The notes under the pieces: generated by a model | What the model was told of the DNA's origin: nothing | Seen by the model: only the letters and a program-made list of their open reading frames with translations | The model's database searches: none | Position numbers and translations under genes: made by a program | Origin: Minisyncoccota bacterium | GTDB taxonomy: Bacteria; Patescibacteriota; Minisyncoccia; Phycocordibacterales; CAJQIN01 | Assembly: GCA_905478465.1 (NCBI GenBank) | Contig: CAJQIN010000012.1 | Coordinates: forward strand, 98,890-158,942 | Reading direction: 5' to 3' | Length of the DNA: 60,053 nt | Shown here: piece after piece, positions 57,752 through 60,053 of the stretch | Position numbering within the stretch: the stretch's first letter is position 1 | How the letters are laid out: every line of letters starts with the position of its first letter

Positions 57752-58141
57752 ATGCCTAGGCCCACTAAACTAACAGAGCTTGCGGTCAAAAAACTAGAGG
57801 AGGCTTTTGCACTTGGTTGCACAGACCAAGAAGCCTGTGTTTATGCCAATATTTGCAAACAAACACTGTATAATTATCAGGCAAAAAATAAAGAGTTTTT
57901 AGACCGAAAAGAGCTGCTTAAATCTACACCTTTCCTAGAGGCGAGGATGGCTGTTATAAGGAATTTTAAGAAAGACCCGAGACTTGCTTTGAGATTCTTA
58001 GAAAGAAGAAAGAGTGACGAGTTTAATACTAGGCAAACAATAAATTCTGACCGAAAGGTTGAGATCACTTTTGATAGTGCTTTTAAAGAAAGTAAGAAAA
58101 AATCTGATATGGCAATAAGAGAATATTTGAGTAAGACTTGA
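57752..58141 (+). CDS. Phage terminase small subunit-like HTH protein
   Basis: MPRPTKLT N-terminus; homeodomain-like G.TD.EAC.YA.I...TLYNY; A...LERR...EF C-terminal pattern. Confidence 0.55.
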   Translation: MPRPTKLTELAVKKLEEAFALGCTDQEACVYANICKQTLYNYQAKNKEFLDRKELLKSTPFLEARMAVIRNFKKDPRLALRFLERRKSDEFNTRQTINSDRKVEITFDSAFKESKKKSDMAIREYLSKT

Positions 58142-58175
58142 AAAACTAACCCAAAAAGGATAGATTTGGTTAATA

Positions 58176-58427
58176 ATGAACGCCACTCATTCAGCCGACA
58201 TTAGCTCGGCAGACAACAAAAAATTGATAGTCTTAGAATTCTTAAAGGAAGAATGGGATCTTTCCCCTAAAAATAGTGGTGACGTGTTGATAAAAATCTC
58301 TGGAGAACGTGCCGCTATGCTAATGCGAATGACGGGCCTAGATTATTATCAACTTGATCGTGTCTTAGAAAGCTTTAAAGAAGATGGTCTTATTATGAGA
58401 CACGAATTTATTAACCCAGCAATGTAA
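58176..58427 (+). CDS. Hypothetical protein, possible winged helix
   Basis: 83-aa ORF; QLDRVLESFKEDGLI helix-wing pattern. Confidence 0.5.
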   Translation: MNATHSADISSADNKKLIVLEFLKEEWDLSPKNSGDVLIKISGERAAMLMRMTGLDYYQLDRVLESFKEDGLIMRHEFINPAM

Positions 58428-58429
58428 CC

Positions 58430-58864
58430 ATGTTTAATAACCTCTATATTGATTTTCCTAGTGATTTTGAAGAAAGATATGAAGAATACAAGGAAGGCAT
58501 TTTGGGCGTGACTAGTATCCAAGAAAAAGAGGTAAACGTATCCTACAATCACGTTACAGGTATAGGTTATATAAACTCTAAAAAATTTAGATTCACAGAC
58601 GGGACGTCCGAATACAGGATTTTTGAAAAATTATACAAAAGCATTAACTGTAAAGTTTCAAGGTATGACGTGCTTGAAGCAATCAAATTTTACGAAGATG
58701 GAGAAGATATTGATCCTGCAAGAAAAACAGCCGAAACAGAGGCAATAAACAAAGTTGCAAAGAGCTTAAGGTCTAAAACAGGATTAAACACAGAACACCT
58801 TGTTGTAAACAATGGAAATATGACCCTAGTGGGCGAGAATAAACCAGATAATACCCAAACGTAA
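58430..58864 (+). CDS. Hypothetical protein with OmpR-like C-terminal winged HTH
   Basis: EYRIFEKLY...KVSRYDVL...AINKVAKSLRSK pattern. Confidence 0.55.
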   Translation: MFNNLYIDFPSDFEERYEEYKEGILGVTSIQEKEVNVSYNHVTGIGYINSKKFRFTDGTSEYRIFEKLYKSINCKVSRYDVLEAIKFYEDGEDIDPARKTAETEAINKVAKSLRSKTGLNTEHLVVNNGNMTLVGENKPDNTQT

Positions 58865-58895
58865 CCCAAACTACACCTACATACGAAACCTTTTT

Positions 58896-58923
58896 AAAAA
58901 TAGACTAATAAGAGTCTATTTTT
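58896..58923 (+). terminator. Terminator
   Basis: aaaaatagact / agtctattttt. Confidence 0.6.
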
Positions 58924-59023
58924 TGTTTTTACAGACAATAGAACCTTTAATCTAGCAAGCCTGCTAAGGCGTTCGGCAGACTTGCTCTTGATTAGAGCCT
59001 TATAAGCATTAATAAAAAAAATA

Positions 59024-59269
59024 ATGAAAGCAAAAATTACTTATGTCGGCGGCTTAGAGAGAAGTAGGAACGGCGGCGTTTATAAGCTCGTTTCTCTACA
59101 GATACTTGAAGGGTCTGTATCAAGCGGACACGTTTATCTAAACCCAGAAAACAGGAATTATTCCAATTGGGAAAGCGTCCTCGAAGAAGGAAACTTACTA
59201 ACAGGTCTTGTTTGGAGAAATAAGAAAAAAAGGCTTATTGACGGAGATTCACCAGTAGAAAATTTGTAG
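59024..59269 (+). CDS. Small beta-rich hypothetical protein (OB-fold-like by eye)
   Basis: 81-aa ORF with A-rich leader; MKAKIT...SRNG...RNYSNW. Confidence 0.6.
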   Translation: MKAKITYVGGLERSRNGGVYKLVSLQILEGSVSSGHVYLNPENRNYSNWESVLEEGNLLTGLVWRNKKKRLIDGDSPVENL

Positions 59270-59271
59270 AA

Positions 59272-59463
59272 GTGATTAATCTTGAGTCGTTTAGAAAAAC
59301 TGACCCTGAACTAGGAGGTCTCAGCAATAAGGAAGTCGAAGAGATTCGACAGTATTTCTATGACTTCGGACAAATTATTTTTGAGCAATGGTGTGAAGAT
59401 AAGTTCGGTTCCAAAAATCCCCTTGGGTCTATTCACAATAAAGATAAGGATAGTATGCTTTAA
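59272..59463 (+). CDS. Small helical protein immediately upstream of the recombinase
   Basis: 63-aa ORF with GTG start, 2 nt after the previous stop and 2 nt before the LSR ATG. Confidence 0.6.
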   Translation: MINLESFRKTDPELGGLSNKEVEEIRQYFYDFGQIIFEQWCEDKFGSKNPLGSIHNKDKDSML

Positions 59464-59465
59464 AC

Positions 59466-60053
59466 ATGGACCAGAAAGAACTAAAAACAGGGATAATCTA
59501 TTGTCGAGTTTCCTCCTTAGAACAGGTTGAGAACACTAGCCTAGAATCACAAGAAGCTCGCTGTAGAGAGTATGCTGAAAAAGAAAACATAAAAGTTCTT
59601 AAAGTATTTATAGAAAAAGGAGAATCAGCAAAAACAGCCGATCGGACTAAGTTTCAAGAAGCACTACAATACTGCGGTTTAAAAAAGAGCTCTGTAGACA
59701 AATTTATCGTGTATAAACTTGACCGTTTCGCACGCAATCAAATAGACCATGTAACAACAAGAGCAATACTAACCAAGTGCGGAACATCTCTAGTCTCTGC
59801 TACCGAACCTATAAACGATGAACCCATTGGCCGACTTATGGAGGGCGTTTTATCAAGCTTTGCAGAATTTGATAATAATGTCAGAACGGAAAGATCAAAA
59901 GGAGGAATGTATGAAAAAGTTAAGCAAGGAATTTGGCAGTGGGGCGCTCCAATTGGGTATTACCGACCACACAAGGGATCTAACCTTGAAATAGATAAAG
60001 ACAAGAAATTACTTATACACTTGGCTTTTGTGGAATACGCCAAGGGAGGTCAC
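59466..60053 (+). CDS. Large serine recombinase, N-terminal catalytic part (runs off the window)
   Basis: Manual translation: IIYCRVSS.EQ (catalytic Ser), E.GESAKT.DR..F, YKLDRFARN, FAEFDN..R.ER..GGM...G.W.W.AP.GY; open to the window end. Confidence 0.95.
   Translation, partial: MDQKELKTGIIYCRVSSLEQVENTSLESQEARCREYAEKENIKVLKVFIEKGESAKTADRTKFQEALQYCGLKKSSVDKFIVYKLDRFARNQIDHVTTRAILTKCGTSLVSATEPINDEPIGRLMEGVLSSFAEFDNNVRTERSKGGMYEKVKQGIWQWGAPIGYYRPHKGSNLEIDKDKKLLIHLAFVEYAKGGH

Larger units (their letters stand above)
52250..60053. mobile_element. Genomic island / integrative element(s) associated with large serine recombinases (right end beyond window)
   Basis: Abrupt end of housekeeping genes at a double truncation; two LSR genes, KAP NTPase, att-like tRNA fragment, TerS-like gene, orphan ORFs. 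Confidence 0.75.

Noticed and set aside
1-60053. CRISPR array or cas genes
   Set aside because: No regularly spaced 23-50 bp repeats with unique spacers and no Cas motifs seen; the repeats found are intragenic or terminators.
1-60053. Alternative genetic code (UGA recoding as in Gracilibacteria/SR1)
   Set aside because: Core genes are full length under code 11, TGA serves as a real stop (e.g. the dus and DUF4446 genes), and tRNA-Trp has a CCA anticodon.

Overview
An AT-rich bacterial chromosome segment. The gene set and protein forms (short IF2, 4-domain S1, short DnaX, Cys-free L33, VirB2-like pilin array, DprA) point to Patescibacteria/CPR, probably Parcubacteria; this placement is inference. 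The standard genetic code 11 fits. Bases ~1-52,250 are mostly core genes (translation, replication, division, chaperones) with 8 tRNA genes, several degenerate 'pseudo-enzyme' paralogs and a 7-gene pilin array behind a methyltransferase and an orphan solute-binding protein. From ~52,250 to the window end is an accessory island: a truncated large serine recombinase (LSR), a 1,088-aa KAP NTPase, a tRNA-Glu-like att site opening an orphan 33-codon frame, TerS-like and winged-helix genes, and an intact-looking LSR that runs off the window. Best leads: (1) an LSR element whose att site may lie inside the integrase 3' end, possibly a minimal phage-satellite; (2) the pilin array operon; (3) a window-wide -10-box/ATG spacing that suggests leaderless mRNAs; (4) two unannotated structured-RNA candidates; (5) a tRNA-linked HTH/LAGLIDADG-like gene whose start codon sits in a 19-bp hairpin. 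All family calls are by eye from motifs; no searches were run.
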